A DNA stretch of 64,000 bases from the IMG/VR virus record IMGVR_UViG_3300042509_001296; one strand, 5' to 3'. The stretch is from an uncultured virus (IMG/VR IMGVR_UViG_3300042509_001296) (lineage: Duplodnaviria; Heunggongvirae; Uroviricota; Caudoviricetes). This document shows, one piece after another, positions 7,355 through 16,475 of the stretch. The translations under genes were made by a program, and so were the position numbers. The notes below the pieces were generated by a model that saw nothing but the letters and a program-made list of their open reading frames with translations, had not been told where the DNA came from and ran no database searches. How positions within the stretch are numbered: position 1 is the stretch's first letter; each line of letters starts with the position of its first letter.

Positions 7355-8494
7355 ATGGTAAGTATCGCACAGTGGTCCAAGTCTTGCCCCAATGCCGCTG
7401 CTGCCCTTGTGGCACAGTCAGGCTGCCCGGTGAAGATCGAGGGCCCTCCCGGTGTCGCTAAGTCATCGGTTGTCTGGCAGTGGTCCAAAATCTTGGGCCG
7501 CGACCTGATGTATCTGATTGGTTCGACCCATGCCCCAGAAGACTTCTCCGGCATCCCATTTCCTTCGGATGACCGGGCTTTCTTCTCCCAGACTCCTCCT
7601 CGGTGGGCTGAACGGCTTACTCGACCGGGGGCAATGCTGTTCCTTGACGAGTTGACCACCGTTCCTCCTTCGGTCAGGGCGGCAATGCTGTCCATGCTGA
7701 CGGAGCGGCGGCTCGGTGAACTCCAGATTCACCCTGACACTCTGTTCTTTGCGGCCTGCAATCCACCGGCAATGGCCCCCAATGCCAGCCCTCTGGAGAA
7801 GTCGATGGCCAATCGCTTCTGGCACTGGGATTGGAAGCATGACTTCGAGTCTTGGGCCACCGGCATGATGTCGGAAGATGACAACTTCCAGCCCCGCTGG
7901 GTGCCTACTGTGGCTCCCGATTGGAAGCGGTTCAAGTCGATGGTCGGTGCCAACCTTGTGTCCTACTGCCGCCGCAACAGCAATGAGCGGATTGCAGTGC
8001 CCAAGGATGACACTGAGATGGCTTACCCCACTCCCCGTAGTTGGAAGTATCTCCGCGATGCTCTGGCTGCTGCGGAAAGTGTTGGGGCTCCCAGCGACAT
8101 CCGCAAGGACATCTGCATTGGCATGGTCGGCAAGACCACTGGCCGGAACGTGATGCAGTTCCTTAGCCAACTCGACCTCGTTGATGTTGAGGAAGTGCTG
8201 GCTGGCAACAAGGAGTTCAAGCACGACAAGAAGCGGGCTGACCTGACGGTAACCCTGCTGACTTCCATCGTGACGGCAGTGAAGCAGAAGTATTCCGAAG
8301 ACCGGATGGATGCAGCAGTCGAACTCTTCTGCGGCAACGTCGGCAAGGACACTGCTGACTTGGTCTTCACGCAACTCCGGCATCTTGTCGAGGCTCGGCC
8401 TGACGGGGTGCCCCTGAGCAAGAAGTCCATTGGTGCCATCAAGCAGTTTGGCGACCGGATTCCTCCAGAGTTCCGCAAGAAGAAAGCAGGGTGA
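7355..8494 (+). CDS. MoxR/AAA_5-type AAA+ ATPase
   Basis: Walker A GPPGVAKS, Walker B LFLDE, AACNP sensor, ANRF arginine finger; start placed at ATG 7355. Confidence 0.9.
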   Translation: MVSIAQWSKSCPNAAAALVAQSGCPVKIEGPPGVAKSSVVWQWSKILGRDLMYLIGSTHAPEDFSGIPFPSDDRAFFSQTPPRWAERLTRPGAMLFLDELTTVPPSVRAAMLSMLTERRLGELQIHPDTLFFAACNPPAMAPNASPLEKSMANRFWHWDWKHDFESWATGMMSEDDNFQPRWVPTVAPDWKRFKSMVGANLVSYCRRNSNERIAVPKDDTEMAYPTPRSWKYLRDALAAAESVGAPSDIRKDICIGMVGKTTGRNVMQFLSQLDLVDVEEVLAGNKEFKHDKKRADLTVTLLTSIVTAVKQKYSEDRMDAAVELFCGNVGKDTADLVFTQLRHLVEARPDGVPLSKKSIGAIKQFGDRIPPEFRKKKAG

Positions 8495-8763
8495 GTATGA
8501 GCCATACGCCGGGTCCGTGGACGATTGAGTATTGCGATGATGACGGCAACTTGCACGACGATGGAGTAACCATTGTTGCAGGCGAGGGGCCAGTGGCCTT
8601 CAGGGTGATTGATTGTTCGGCACACCTGATTGCCGCTGCCCCCGACTTGCTGTCGGCCTTGAAGTACATGGTCGAAAACGCAGAGTCAGAAGGGTGGAGC
8701 GGGCTAATGCTATCAGATGCAGTGGCAGCAATCGCTAAGGCAGAGGGGAGGGCTGATGTTTAG
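8491..8763 (+). CDS. Phage protein, HTPGPW...IAAAP type
   Basis: HTPGPW N-terminus, LIAAAPDLL...AIAKAEG. Confidence 0.75.
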   Translation: MSMSHTPGPWTIEYCDDDGNLHDDGVTIVAGEGPVAFRVIDCSAHLIAAAPDLLSALKYMVENAESEGWSGLMLSDAVAAIAKAEGRADV

Positions 8764-8959
8764 ACATCACTATCGGGGCGGGCTCTCCAAGATCGAGAAC
8801 GAAGTCTTACGGCAGTTGAGGCGACGAGGGTTTGCCTTGGCTCTCTTCTCTCCAGTGGACGTTGGCAACCCTCTTAATCGTGGCCCAATCGAGCAGTCAA
8901 TGCTCAAGGCCGGAAGACAGACACTCAAACAAGTCGAGGTTCGGTATGCCGCAAGTTGA
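8756..8959 (+). CDS. Hypothetical protein (LRxRGFA motif)
   Basis: Similar to 6085..6348; GGAGG RBS. Confidence 0.6.
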   Translation: MFRHHYRGGLSKIENEVLRQLRRRGFALALFSPVDVGNPLNRGPIEQSMLKAGRQTLKQVEVRYAAS

Positions 8960-10373
8960 GACAGTCGATCTTATCACTCAGTTTCGGATGATGGTCTACG
9001 AACACTTCCCATACCTTGCTCCCTATGTCTATAGCCTGACTCCAGTGGAGCGGCCGGGACTTGGGACCATGGCGGTGGATAAGTATGGCCGGATGTATTA
9101 CGACCCGGCTTGGTGTGAAACCCTGACCCTTGAGCAGGGTGGATATGTCGTTGTCCATGAGGCCCTTCACCTTATCCTTCGGCACTGCCATCGGGCTCCG
9201 GGGATTTATGGTGACCACCCAACTCCTCAGGAAGCCCGTGACCTGAACATCGCTATGGATGTCGTGGTCTGGGAGTTCATGGAAGCCATTGCAAAGATGG
9301 CCCCAGAGGGTGGAGTTACGTTCGACAACGTCAAGGCTAAGTGGCCTGCGGTCGAGCGGAACATGACGATTGAGCAACTCTATCACATCATCAGCGAGAG
9401 CCGGAAGCAGCCGCCTCCCCCTGATATTCCTGTTGGGACTCCGGTTCCGACCGATGAAGAAGGCGATGGTGACGAAGATGGTGGCGGCAAACAGGAACCT
9501 CCTTCTAACGATACGACGGATGACGGCAAGGGCCGAGGTCAAGGTAGTGAAGATCAGCCGCAAGACAGTGACTCAGGCAGCGGTGACGAAGTAGCAGACG
9601 ATGGCTTTGAGCCAATCGGTGGTGGCTCGGCTGCTGATGGACAGCCCCGAGACTACGAGGAAGAACCCGATGGAAACTGGGATGGGTTCAAGGAAGACCG
9701 TCTGCTTGAGGCTGTCGAGCAGAAGATGGAAGAGTTAGAGGAAGACTCGGAGTGGCGGCACCATGTCAATGGGAATCTCGCTGCCGGATTGAAGCGGCTC
9801 ATCAAGAACAAGTTGCGACCCCAGCCCAATCCTTGGGACCAACTGAGGGCAACTGTTTGTCGGTGTGCTGCCAATCACAAGGGTGCCCCTGACTACACCT
9901 ATCAGCGTAAGAATCGGCGGCAATATGCCCATCCCGATATGCCTCTGCTGAAGGGGGTCAAGAAGTATATGCCCAAGGCAGTGGTGGTTGTGGATACCTC
10001 TGGTTCCATGACTGCTGGCTGTTTGCGGAAGGCTATTCAAGTTATCCGCGACGGGCTCAAGGCTATTGGTGAAGTGCCGGTAATCACTGCCGATGCTCAG
10101 ATCGGGCAAGACATGAAGGTCCGAACCATCCCTGATGACTTCGAGTTTGTCGGTGGTGGTGGCACTGATATGCGGATTCCTTTGGCCCACTCCGAGAAGG
10201 AGTATGCCCCTGATGTCACGATCTTGGTGACGGATACCTATACCCCTTGGCCTGACAAGCCGCTCAAGGGTCAGTTGATTGTGGCCGCGACTCAAGATGG
10301 GAGCGTCCCGTCTTGGGCAACCAAGGTTCTTATACCGAACGACCCCAACAAGGAATCATTGGACGATGCCTGA
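8946..10373 (+). CDS. DUF2201-type metallopeptidase + vWA domain protein
   Basis: HEALH motif, acidic linker, MIDAS DTSGS, GGGGTD, TD. Confidence 0.9.
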   Translation: MPQVETVDLITQFRMMVYEHFPYLAPYVYSLTPVERPGLGTMAVDKYGRMYYDPAWCETLTLEQGGYVVVHEALHLILRHCHRAPGIYGDHPTPQEARDLNIAMDVVVWEFMEAIAKMAPEGGVTFDNVKAKWPAVERNMTIEQLYHIISESRKQPPPPDIPVGTPVPTDEEGDGDEDGGGKQEPPSNDTTDDGKGRGQGSEDQPQDSDSGSGDEVADDGFEPIGGGSAADGQPRDYEEEPDGNWDGFKEDRLLEAVEQKMEELEEDSEWRHHVNGNLAAGLKRLIKNKLRPQPNPWDQLRATVCRCAANHKGAPDYTYQRKNRRQYAHPDMPLLKGVKKYMPKAVVVVDTSGSMTAGCLRKAIQVIRDGLKAIGEVPVITADAQIGQDMKVRTIPDDFEFVGGGGTDMRIPLAHSEKEYAPDVTILVTDTYTPWPDKPLKGQLIVAATQDGSVPSWATKVLIPNDPNKESLDDA

Positions 10374-11796
10374 ACTCAAGAAAATCCCGACGTTCTCTTG
10401 GCTTGTCCGTAAGACGGAAGCCTTAATGAAGAGGGACCCAGTGTCCTATCGCAATCTCCGGCAGGCTGGCACAAGCAACCTTCTCCGGGGCTGCGTGGTG
10501 AAGATGAACTGCAAAGACACCGGCAATGAGTTTGTTTACCGGCTTTTCTCCCCGAAGGACACGATCAAGACCTACGCCACGATCAGTGGCCACAAGGAAC
10601 GGGGCGAGTTGTACACAGTCTACCACCTTAACTTCACCACTACCCAGTACCGGAAGCGGATGCACAAGTGGCTCCCTGTTTCTATGCCGATGGGGGTAAG
10701 GTGTGGCCTTGATTCGGTGGCTGATTACTTCAATGCCGATGGGACGGAAGCCTATCGTGGCAAGTGGCACGGCGGCAGGGAGCGTAGGTCTGGCAGGCCA
10801 GACTGCGATGCTCTAGTTATCCGCGACAGGGACGGCAAGTTGATGGCCAACCTTGCCTACACCGGAGAACACCACCAAGAGAGGTGCGATGTCATTCAGC
10901 ACCTTCACGGCAACAATCCCGTTGACCTGTGGCATGACTTCCTTCCCGGCTCATGCCTATCCAAGTTGGATTGGTACAAAAGCATGGTTCCCCCTGAGTT
11001 TGACAACCATGACTTGTTGGCAAGTGGCGGGGTGTCAGCAAAGTTCTCTGTCCCCAAGGTGGACGAGCCTGTCTGGAATGAGATGAGGGTTAAGACGCTG
11101 GCTGCCAAGGTTCACTCCGAGGCTATCCGTCTGACCAAGACTTACCCTCATATCAAGATCGCCATGTTTCCGGGCTGCAAGTTCGTGGAGGGCGAGGAGG
11201 TTTGGACCACCGGAATCATGAGTAGGTTCTCCGGGGGCAACCGCAACCCAGTAGTTGTGGGCCGGGACGATAAGGGTGAACCACTTATGTGGGTGCTGCC
11301 TGAGTTGGTCCTGTATTGGGTAGCCCCCCGCCATGAGACCGGCCATAAGGTTCACGCCGAGAGTCGATTCATTCGGGTGATTATTCCTCCGGCTGGTAGC
11401 CGACAGTTGCTGCGGACGGACGGCAAGTCTTCGCTGACTTGTACCTACAGGTGGGGCAGCAGGAACTTGCGGATGCTGGAGATGAACGTCATCCACCGAG
11501 GGCAGTCAATCGAGCGGGCTCACCACCAACTGATTGGCTATTCAGTTGGCCAGACATTGGACGGAAGCGTCTGGAACTACGGTCGGAACCGCTCAAGATC
11601 AGAGAAGTTTGGGGACCATGTTCTCGATGACAAGGTCCACAACTGGGACGAGAGTCAGGCAGTTGTGTTGATGTACGAACAGTCCGATAACTCCGGCCAC
11701 TATTGGGGCCACTATGAAGGGAGGGTAGCCAAGCCCGAAGGAATCTTTAATCACATCGAGGAGCGGGAGTTAGTTGACTCGCTCCCCTTGTGCTGA
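10366..11796 (+). CDS. Large hypothetical protein
   Basis: 476-aa ORF overlapping the vWA gene end; no motif recognised. Confidence 0.7.
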   Translation: MPELKKIPTFSWLVRKTEALMKRDPVSYRNLRQAGTSNLLRGCVVKMNCKDTGNEFVYRLFSPKDTIKTYATISGHKERGELYTVYHLNFTTTQYRKRMHKWLPVSMPMGVRCGLDSVADYFNADGTEAYRGKWHGGRERRSGRPDCDALVIRDRDGKLMANLAYTGEHHQERCDVIQHLHGNNPVDLWHDFLPGSCLSKLDWYKSMVPPEFDNHDLLASGGVSAKFSVPKVDEPVWNEMRVKTLAAKVHSEAIRLTKTYPHIKIAMFPGCKFVEGEEVWTTGIMSRFSGGNRNPVVVGRDDKGEPLMWVLPELVLYWVAPRHETGHKVHAESRFIRVIIPPAGSRQLLRTDGKSSLTCTYRWGSRNLRMLEMNVIHRGQSIERAHHQLIGYSVGQTLDGSVWNYGRNRSRSEKFGDHVLDDKVHNWDESQAVVLMYEQSDNSGHYWGHYEGRVAKPEGIFNHIEERELVDSLPLC

Positions 11797-11826
11797 ACGA
11801 ATGACCATTGACCATCTGAACCAACC

Positions 11827-12096
11827 ATGACAGAACAACAGTTGGCCCTATCAGCAGTGGCATTCATCATCTTTTGGTTGTGGACACTGGAGGACAGCAC
11901 TAACTCTCTTGCTGCCTACCTAGTTAGAAGCGTGGTGATCCTGACCTATCAGTTTTGGGTGATGGGATACGACCGAGTTTGTATCTCCCTCGCTGAATGG
12001 ATTGCCAACTTTATGATCTGGAGTCATTGGATCAGCATGGTGACCGTGTTCCTATATCCAGACCCACGTTTCCAAAAGAAAAGAACCTATGACTGA
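11827..12096 (+). CDS. Membrane protein
   Basis: Three hydrophobic segments. Confidence 0.55.
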   Translation: MTEQQLALSAVAFIIFWLWTLEDSTNSLAAYLVRSVVILTYQFWVMGYDRVCISLAEWIANFMIWSHWISMVTVFLYPDPRFQKKRTYD

Positions 12097-12358
12097 AGAC
12101 AATCTCAACCGTAACGACACTCACCCCTCCGGCATCAACGTCTATGGATGGTGCATTACCTACAGAAAGGACGATCAGTGGTTGATTGACCCTTGCGACG
12201 AGTATCGAAACCTACCAGCACACTACCCCTTCATGCAGGAAGCACTCGACCGAGTGGCTTACCTGCGTGACAAGGGAATCGAATGCCGGGTTGCCGCGTT
12301 GCTTGCGGAACCCGGTGACACTTCCGAAGAGTTTGAAAGGAACAAGATCAATGGCTAA
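12089..12358 (+). CDS. Hypothetical protein
   Basis: 89 aa, overlaps neighbours at both ends. Confidence 0.65.
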   Translation: MTEDNLNRNDTHPSGINVYGWCITYRKDDQWLIDPCDEYRNLPAHYPFMQEALDRVAYLRDKGIECRVAALLAEPGDTSEEFERNKING

Positions 12359-12698
12359 GTCCGAGAAGAAGAAGATGATGATTGACGAGTTCCTCCCCCT
12401 GTACCTGAAGGCAGTGGCCGAAGGCATGACCAAGGAGGAGTTCGCTGAGATGATTGGCGTCAAGACGGCGACCATCTATCAGCGGGTCTATGAACTGCGT
12501 CGTGATGTTGACCCGACCATCCCTCTCCTTCAGCCCAAGGCTAGGAAGACGATGGCGGAACGGGCCAAGGCGATCCTTGAACTGCACCGCTCCGGTGCTG
12601 ACGAGGACAAGCCGCAGCCCAAGGCTAAGGTCAAGAAGGTAGAGGCCGAGCCTGCTGCCGACGAGACTGATGCCGAACTGTCGGAAATCTTTGGTTGA
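12351..12698 (+). CDS. HTH DNA-binding protein
   Basis: MTKEEFAEMIGVKTATIYQRV HTH pattern. Confidence 0.7.
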   Translation: MAKSEKKKMMIDEFLPLYLKAVAEGMTKEEFAEMIGVKTATIYQRVYELRRDVDPTIPLLQPKARKTMAERAKAILELHRSGADEDKPQPKAKVKKVEAEPAADETDAELSEIFG

Positions 12699-12706
12699 TC
12701 CACCCC

Positions 12707-12747
12707 GAACAGGGGTTGGTGGGAGTCCACCAACCCCTGTTCTTTTT
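12707..12747 (+). terminator. Intrinsic terminator
   Basis: Perfect 16-bp stem, GAGT loop, T5. Confidence 0.8.
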
Positions 12748-12771
12748 CTACCCCCACCTAAGGAACACAAA

Positions 12772-13179
12772 ATGGACTTTGAGTTTGCCCCTACCAAGGG
12801 ACGCCAGCCCGGTGCTGACCTGACTGTCTACGGCCAGACATCGAACGGCCACTCCAAACCTAAAGGCGGCAGGGACTGTGCCCTTTCCTGCCAGTTCTCT
12901 CGCCAGATGACCGGCAAGTTGGGCTGGGTTCAAGGCGACCGGATCACTGCCAAGTGGTCGAGCAAGGACAAGACCATGACCTTTGTCCGGGTCGGCATTG
13001 AAGACCCGGCCCTTGCTTACAAGGTCTCCTTCTATCCGCCCAAGAAGAAGGATGCTCAGGCAAGGGTTCGTCTTGGCTGCCCAGCCGATGCTCTCAAGGT
13101 GATCCTTGAGGGTGAGACCCGTGCCACGTTCTCCTTCTTTGAGGCTGCCGGTAACAAGGCAGTCTTCGTCGCCAACTGA
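12772..13179 (+). CDS. Hypothetical protein (AbrB-like LGWxxGD segment)
   Basis: AAGGA RBS; KLGWVQGDRI. Confidence 0.65.
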   Translation: MDFEFAPTKGRQPGADLTVYGQTSNGHSKPKGGRDCALSCQFSRQMTGKLGWVQGDRITAKWSSKDKTMTFVRVGIEDPALAYKVSFYPPKKKDAQARVRLGCPADALKVILEGETRATFSFFEAAGNKAVFVAN

Positions 13180-13190
13180 AAGGGTTGACC

Positions 13191-13457
13191 ATGCCGATTG
13201 CAAGTCCTGACCTGACCGGACGGCAGGAAGAACTGCTCGACTACATCGTGGAGTACATCACCGAGAAGGATTGCCAGCCCTCCCTGAGGCAGATGGCTGG
13301 GGCTATGGGAATCAAGAACGTCAACGGGGTGGTGTGCCATATCAATGCCCTTGAGTTGAAGGGCTTTCTCAAGAGACCGGACAAGCAAGTCGCCCGGTCC
13401 TTGGCCATTGATTGGGATAGGTATCAGGCCAAGAAGAAAGGGAGGAAGTCCAAGTGA
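13191..13457 (+). CDS. LexA-type winged-HTH repressor, DNA-binding domain only
   Basis: LTGRQEELLDYI...PSLRQMAGAMGI...HINALELKGFLKR; no S24 peptidase domain. Confidence 0.8.
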   Translation: MPIASPDLTGRQEELLDYIVEYITEKDCQPSLRQMAGAMGIKNVNGVVCHINALELKGFLKRPDKQVARSLAIDWDRYQAKKKGRKSK

Positions 13458-13666
13458 ACCTTCGTGATGTCAGTGACGAGGCACCCAGCCCCGAAGAGGA
13501 GGAGGCTTCTCTTGCGGGGCTGGCCCTCAGTCCTTGGGTTGCCGAGCGGGCAATGATCGAGAGGCAGAAGCACTACGACCTGAGGAGGGGCGAGTCCGAC
13601 AGGGCCACAGATTCCAAGGTTAGCAAGTGGAACCACGGTTTGTTTTCACCACAGGGGGGACGATGA
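13454..13666 (+). CDS. Hypothetical protein
   Basis: GTGA coupling, GGAGG RBS. Confidence 0.5.
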   Translation: MNLRDVSDEAPSPEEEEASLAGLALSPWVAERAMIERQKHYDLRRGESDRATDSKVSKWNHGLFSPQGGR

Positions 13667-13878
13667 GTAAGCCAGCGTGGACTGACAAGGTAGAGAGGGG
13701 GATGTGGCTGATCGTTGGTCGGTCGGCCACTGTCATGGCAGCAGAGTTGGGCGATACCTTTTTAGGAAAGGAGGACACGCAAGCCGTACTGGCAGCGTCA
13801 AGATATGCGGACTACCACTGGTCGAAGCGTGGAGGAGAGGGAGCAGTTCTATCGGGAGATTCACGGGAAGATCAATGA
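13663..13878 (+). CDS. Hypothetical protein
   Basis: ATGA coupling. Confidence 0.5.
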   Translation: MSKPAWTDKVERGMWLIVGRSATVMAAELGDTFLGKEDTQAVLAASRYADYHWSKRGGEGAVLSGDSREDQ

Positions 13879-14128
13879 AGTTTTCTTGAAACTTGTCGCA
13901 CTTGGATTCTCTCCCGGCGAGGGGCGAAGGCTGGTCTGGTCCACTGAGCAGTGGCTTACTGGCAAGTCTGGCCATAGGTTCCGTATCGTATGGCCACAAC
14001 TAAAGGCAAATAGTTCAAGCCAAGCCCACGCCGATTGGTGGATTGAGTACACAAAAACTCTTCCGATCATGGCCCGAGAGTGTGAAGAAGCAGACGCACT
14101 CAAGTCGGTCCTAGACTTCTGTCCCTGA
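13805..14128 (+). CDS. Hypothetical protein
   Basis: 107 aa, ends 7 nt before the recombinase. Confidence 0.5.
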   Translation: MRTTTGRSVEEREQFYREIHGKINEVFLKLVALGFSPGEGRRLVWSTEQWLTGKSGHRFRIVWPQLKANSSSQAHADWWIEYTKTLPIMARECEEADALKSVLDFCP

Positions 14129-14135
14129 GGAAACT

Positions 14136-15002
14136 ATGCCTACCTTCTATGGATATGCCCGAGCCTCAACTGCGGGTCAGCAATACACCTACGAGGTACA
14201 GGAGAAGGCAATCCTTCTGGCCTACGAGAAGTACAAAGAGACTCATACTTGGGGCGGGGTGTTCAAGGACAAGGCTACCTCTGGTGCCAAGCCCTTCACC
14301 GAACGGGAAGAGGGCCTGAAGTTGTGGGTCTTGACCCAGCACGGGGACGTAGTGTGCTGGTCAAAGATGGACCGGGCTTTCCGCTCAGTCTATGACGCAG
14401 CCCAACTGCTTGAGATGTTTGCCAGTAAGGGGGTCAGCCTTCTGTCCTTGGACATTGCCCTCGATACCGGGACATCCCTTGGCAAGTTCGTCATGCACCT
14501 GCTTGCCTCGGTCGCAGAACTAGAACGTGAGTGGATCAGGACAAGAACCCGTGATGCTCTTGCCATTCGGCAGGAGAAGGGACTACCTCACGGTGGCCGA
14601 CCTCCTGCTGGCTGGATGAGGAGTCGAGTCGGGGCTTGGATTCACGACGAGCATGAGCGAAGGCTGGTTGAGTGGGCCGAGAGGAAGAACCAAGGGGGCA
14701 TGACTTGGAAGGACATCGTTGCCCTCCTCAAGCGTAAGAAGATCAAGCGGTCCAATGGCGACGGCTACCACCAGCCTTGGTTCCACTACGCCCTCAAGGC
14801 TAAGGCTGCTGGCTACCCCGGAAGGGATGGCTGGCGGGAGAAGTGTGCCTATGGTGGGTCAGTCAGGCGGGAAAGGAGGCGGGCCTTTAGGCGTATGGCT
14901 AGGGCCGATGCTCGACAGCAGTCTTCAACTTGTCCAGATGGGACTTCAGAATCTTCTTCGCAGTCCGGGGATCACGACCAGACTGCCGACCAAACGCCCT
15001 GA
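14136..15002 (+). CDS. Serine recombinase (resolvase/invertase family)
   Basis: YGYARAS catalytic Ser, D..TSG, KMDRAFRS, AELEREWIRTRT. Confidence 0.92.
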   Translation: MPTFYGYARASTAGQQYTYEVQEKAILLAYEKYKETHTWGGVFKDKATSGAKPFTEREEGLKLWVLTQHGDVVCWSKMDRAFRSVYDAAQLLEMFASKGVSLLSLDIALDTGTSLGKFVMHLLASVAELEREWIRTRTRDALAIRQEKGLPHGGRPPAGWMRSRVGAWIHDEHERRLVEWAERKNQGGMTWKDIVALLKRKKIKRSNGDGYHQPWFHYALKAKAAGYPGRDGWREKCAYGGSVRRERRRAFRRMARADARQQSSTCPDGTSESSSQSGDHDQTADQTP

Positions 15003-15411
15003 AACTAGCCCCCTCAAAGACGTACTGCTCGATCCAATCTCGTTCGTCTTCGGTCAACTCAAGGAGGGCGGGGAGGGCTTGCTCTCCCTGCTCTCTCTTG
15101 GGTGGCTGGCGTCTGTGAATCTCGTCCAATGGGATACGCTTGATGGAATGGGACTGACTCTTTAGTTCCTTCTGTACCTCTTGCAGCATCCCATTCTTAA
15201 TAGCCACCGAGAAGTAGGCCGACAGTCCTACCCCTCTGGTTGGGTCATAGGTCCTAGCCGCACGGCAACAGGCAAAGTAAGCGGCACTCTCTAAGTCACA
15301 ACACTCAGCAACCTGCCGGATGCAGGGCATATTCTTGAGGAAGGTCCTGACGCAAACAGGAACCAACTTCATGGCCTGCTCTGCGATGGCCTGCTGCTCC
15401 GGGGTTAGCAT
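14899..15411 (-). CDS. Sigma-70 family sigma factor (regions 2 and 4)
   Basis: DLESAAYFACCRAARTYDPTRG..LSAY....I; C-terminal LTEDER...SFRAFG HTH. Confidence 0.75.
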   Translation of the reverse strand: MLTPEQQAIAEQAMKLVPVCVRTFLKNMPCIRQVAECCDLESAAYFACCRAARTYDPTRGVGLSAYFSVAIKNGMLQEVQKELKSQSHSIKRIPLDEIHRRQPPKREQGEQALPALLELTEDERDWIEQYVFEGASFRAFGRQSGRDPRTAKKILKSHLDKLKTAVEHRP

Positions 15412-15611
15412 CAAGGCACCCCGTACCTAGTGAATATGTCCTCCCGAATAACAGTTCGGCAGGCTTTCTCGTGACACTCTCGGCAACGCCACTCTTCCGA
15501 GACAACCCCAAAGGTATCTATCCCGTACACGCCGGGGCACCCGCACTCGCGGCATGGCTTAGGCTCACGCACAGGCGGCTTGGCCTTAGTCTTAGGGCGT
15601 CGTTTGAACAT
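15411..15611 (-). CDS. Small C4 zinc-finger protein
   Basis: CRECG...CRECH. Confidence 0.6.
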   Translation of the reverse strand: MFKRRPKTKAKPPVREPKPCRECGCPGVYGIDTFGVVSEEWRCRECHEKACRTVIREDIFTRYGVP

Positions 15612-15620
15612 AGCCCTAGG

Positions 15621-15968
15621 CTAACCCTCGTCGGCCCATTCCGGCAGGGGAGAACGATGAAGGGGTGTCCTCCTTTTCTCGTAGCACCACTCGTCAATAC
15701 GCTGGCGAGTCCTGTCAGGGTCTAACTCCATAGCCTCACAGCAATCTTCAAAGGTGACCAACCCGACGCCACCCTTGATCCACTCTCGGGCTTGGGCCCT
15801 CTGCTTTAGGACTTCCTTATCCATTCCGCCATTGCCATCAATCTTATGCTTGGCACCCGGCTTGTAGAGTTTGCTGCTGGCCTCTGCCCGCTGCACCCCT
15901 TGAAGCATGACGCCGACACACAGGGCCCGCCATCCACCGGCAAGGGCTTCATGTTCTATGTCGTGCAT
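15621..15968 (-). CDS. Hypothetical protein
   Basis: AGGAGG RBS; TFEDCCEAMELDPD. Confidence 0.65.
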   Translation of the reverse strand: MHDIEHEALAGGWRALCVGVMLQGVQRAEASSKLYKPGAKHKIDGNGGMDKEVLKQRAQAREWIKGGVGLVTFEDCCEAMELDPDRTRQRIDEWCYEKRRTPLHRSPLPEWADEG

Positions 15969-16183
15969 CGCCAAGCCTCCTCTTGATCGAACACTCGCGG
16001 GCAATCCTTGCCCGCCTCTGACAGATCAACCACCCCCGGGTAATGCCTGAGGAGTCTGCGGGCCTCGTCCCTTACTGACTTGGGAACCTTCTTGATTCCG
16101 TCTGGCAGGTAAGGATTCGACAGTCTGAGAAGAAAGTCCCTTGTGTACAGGACCGATCTCGTCCTCTCATTCGGAAGCGTCAC
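15956..16183 (-). CDS. BPSL0761-like small protein
   Basis: TLPNERTRSV...FL..L...VP..VR.EARRLLRHYP. Confidence 0.55.
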   Translation of the reverse strand: MTLPNERTRSVLYTRDFLLRLSNPYLPDGIKKVPKSVRDEARRLLRHYPGVVDLSEAGKDCPRVFDQEEAWRCTT

Positions 16184-16475
16184 GCCCCACCCATATTTCA
16201 GAATGCTTGCAATCCGTTGCTTTGGGAATACGATCAGCCAACTCGGCATTGAGTATGTCGGCTCTGGTCAACGAGTGGCGGGCACACTGAAGGACAATGT
16301 CCTTGGCCTTCATGTCCCGCTCAAGTTCCCACACCCTGCCCTTAAGGTTGACTACCTCTACTCTGTAGCGGTCGGCATCCATGGCATGGCTGTTCGACAG
16401 GTCCATCCACATATCCCGGCTTTCCCTGAGGGCTGCGATCTTGGCCTGTAAACAGGGGATGCTGTCCTCAGTCAT
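16167..16475 (-). CDS. Coiled-coil hypothetical protein
   Basis: ATG 16475 after GAGGG. Confidence 0.55.
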   Translation of the reverse strand: MTEDSIPCLQAKIAALRESRDMWMDLSNSHAMDADRYRVEVVNLKGRVWELERDMKAKDIVLQCARHSLTRADILNAELADRIPKATDCKHSEIWVGRDASE

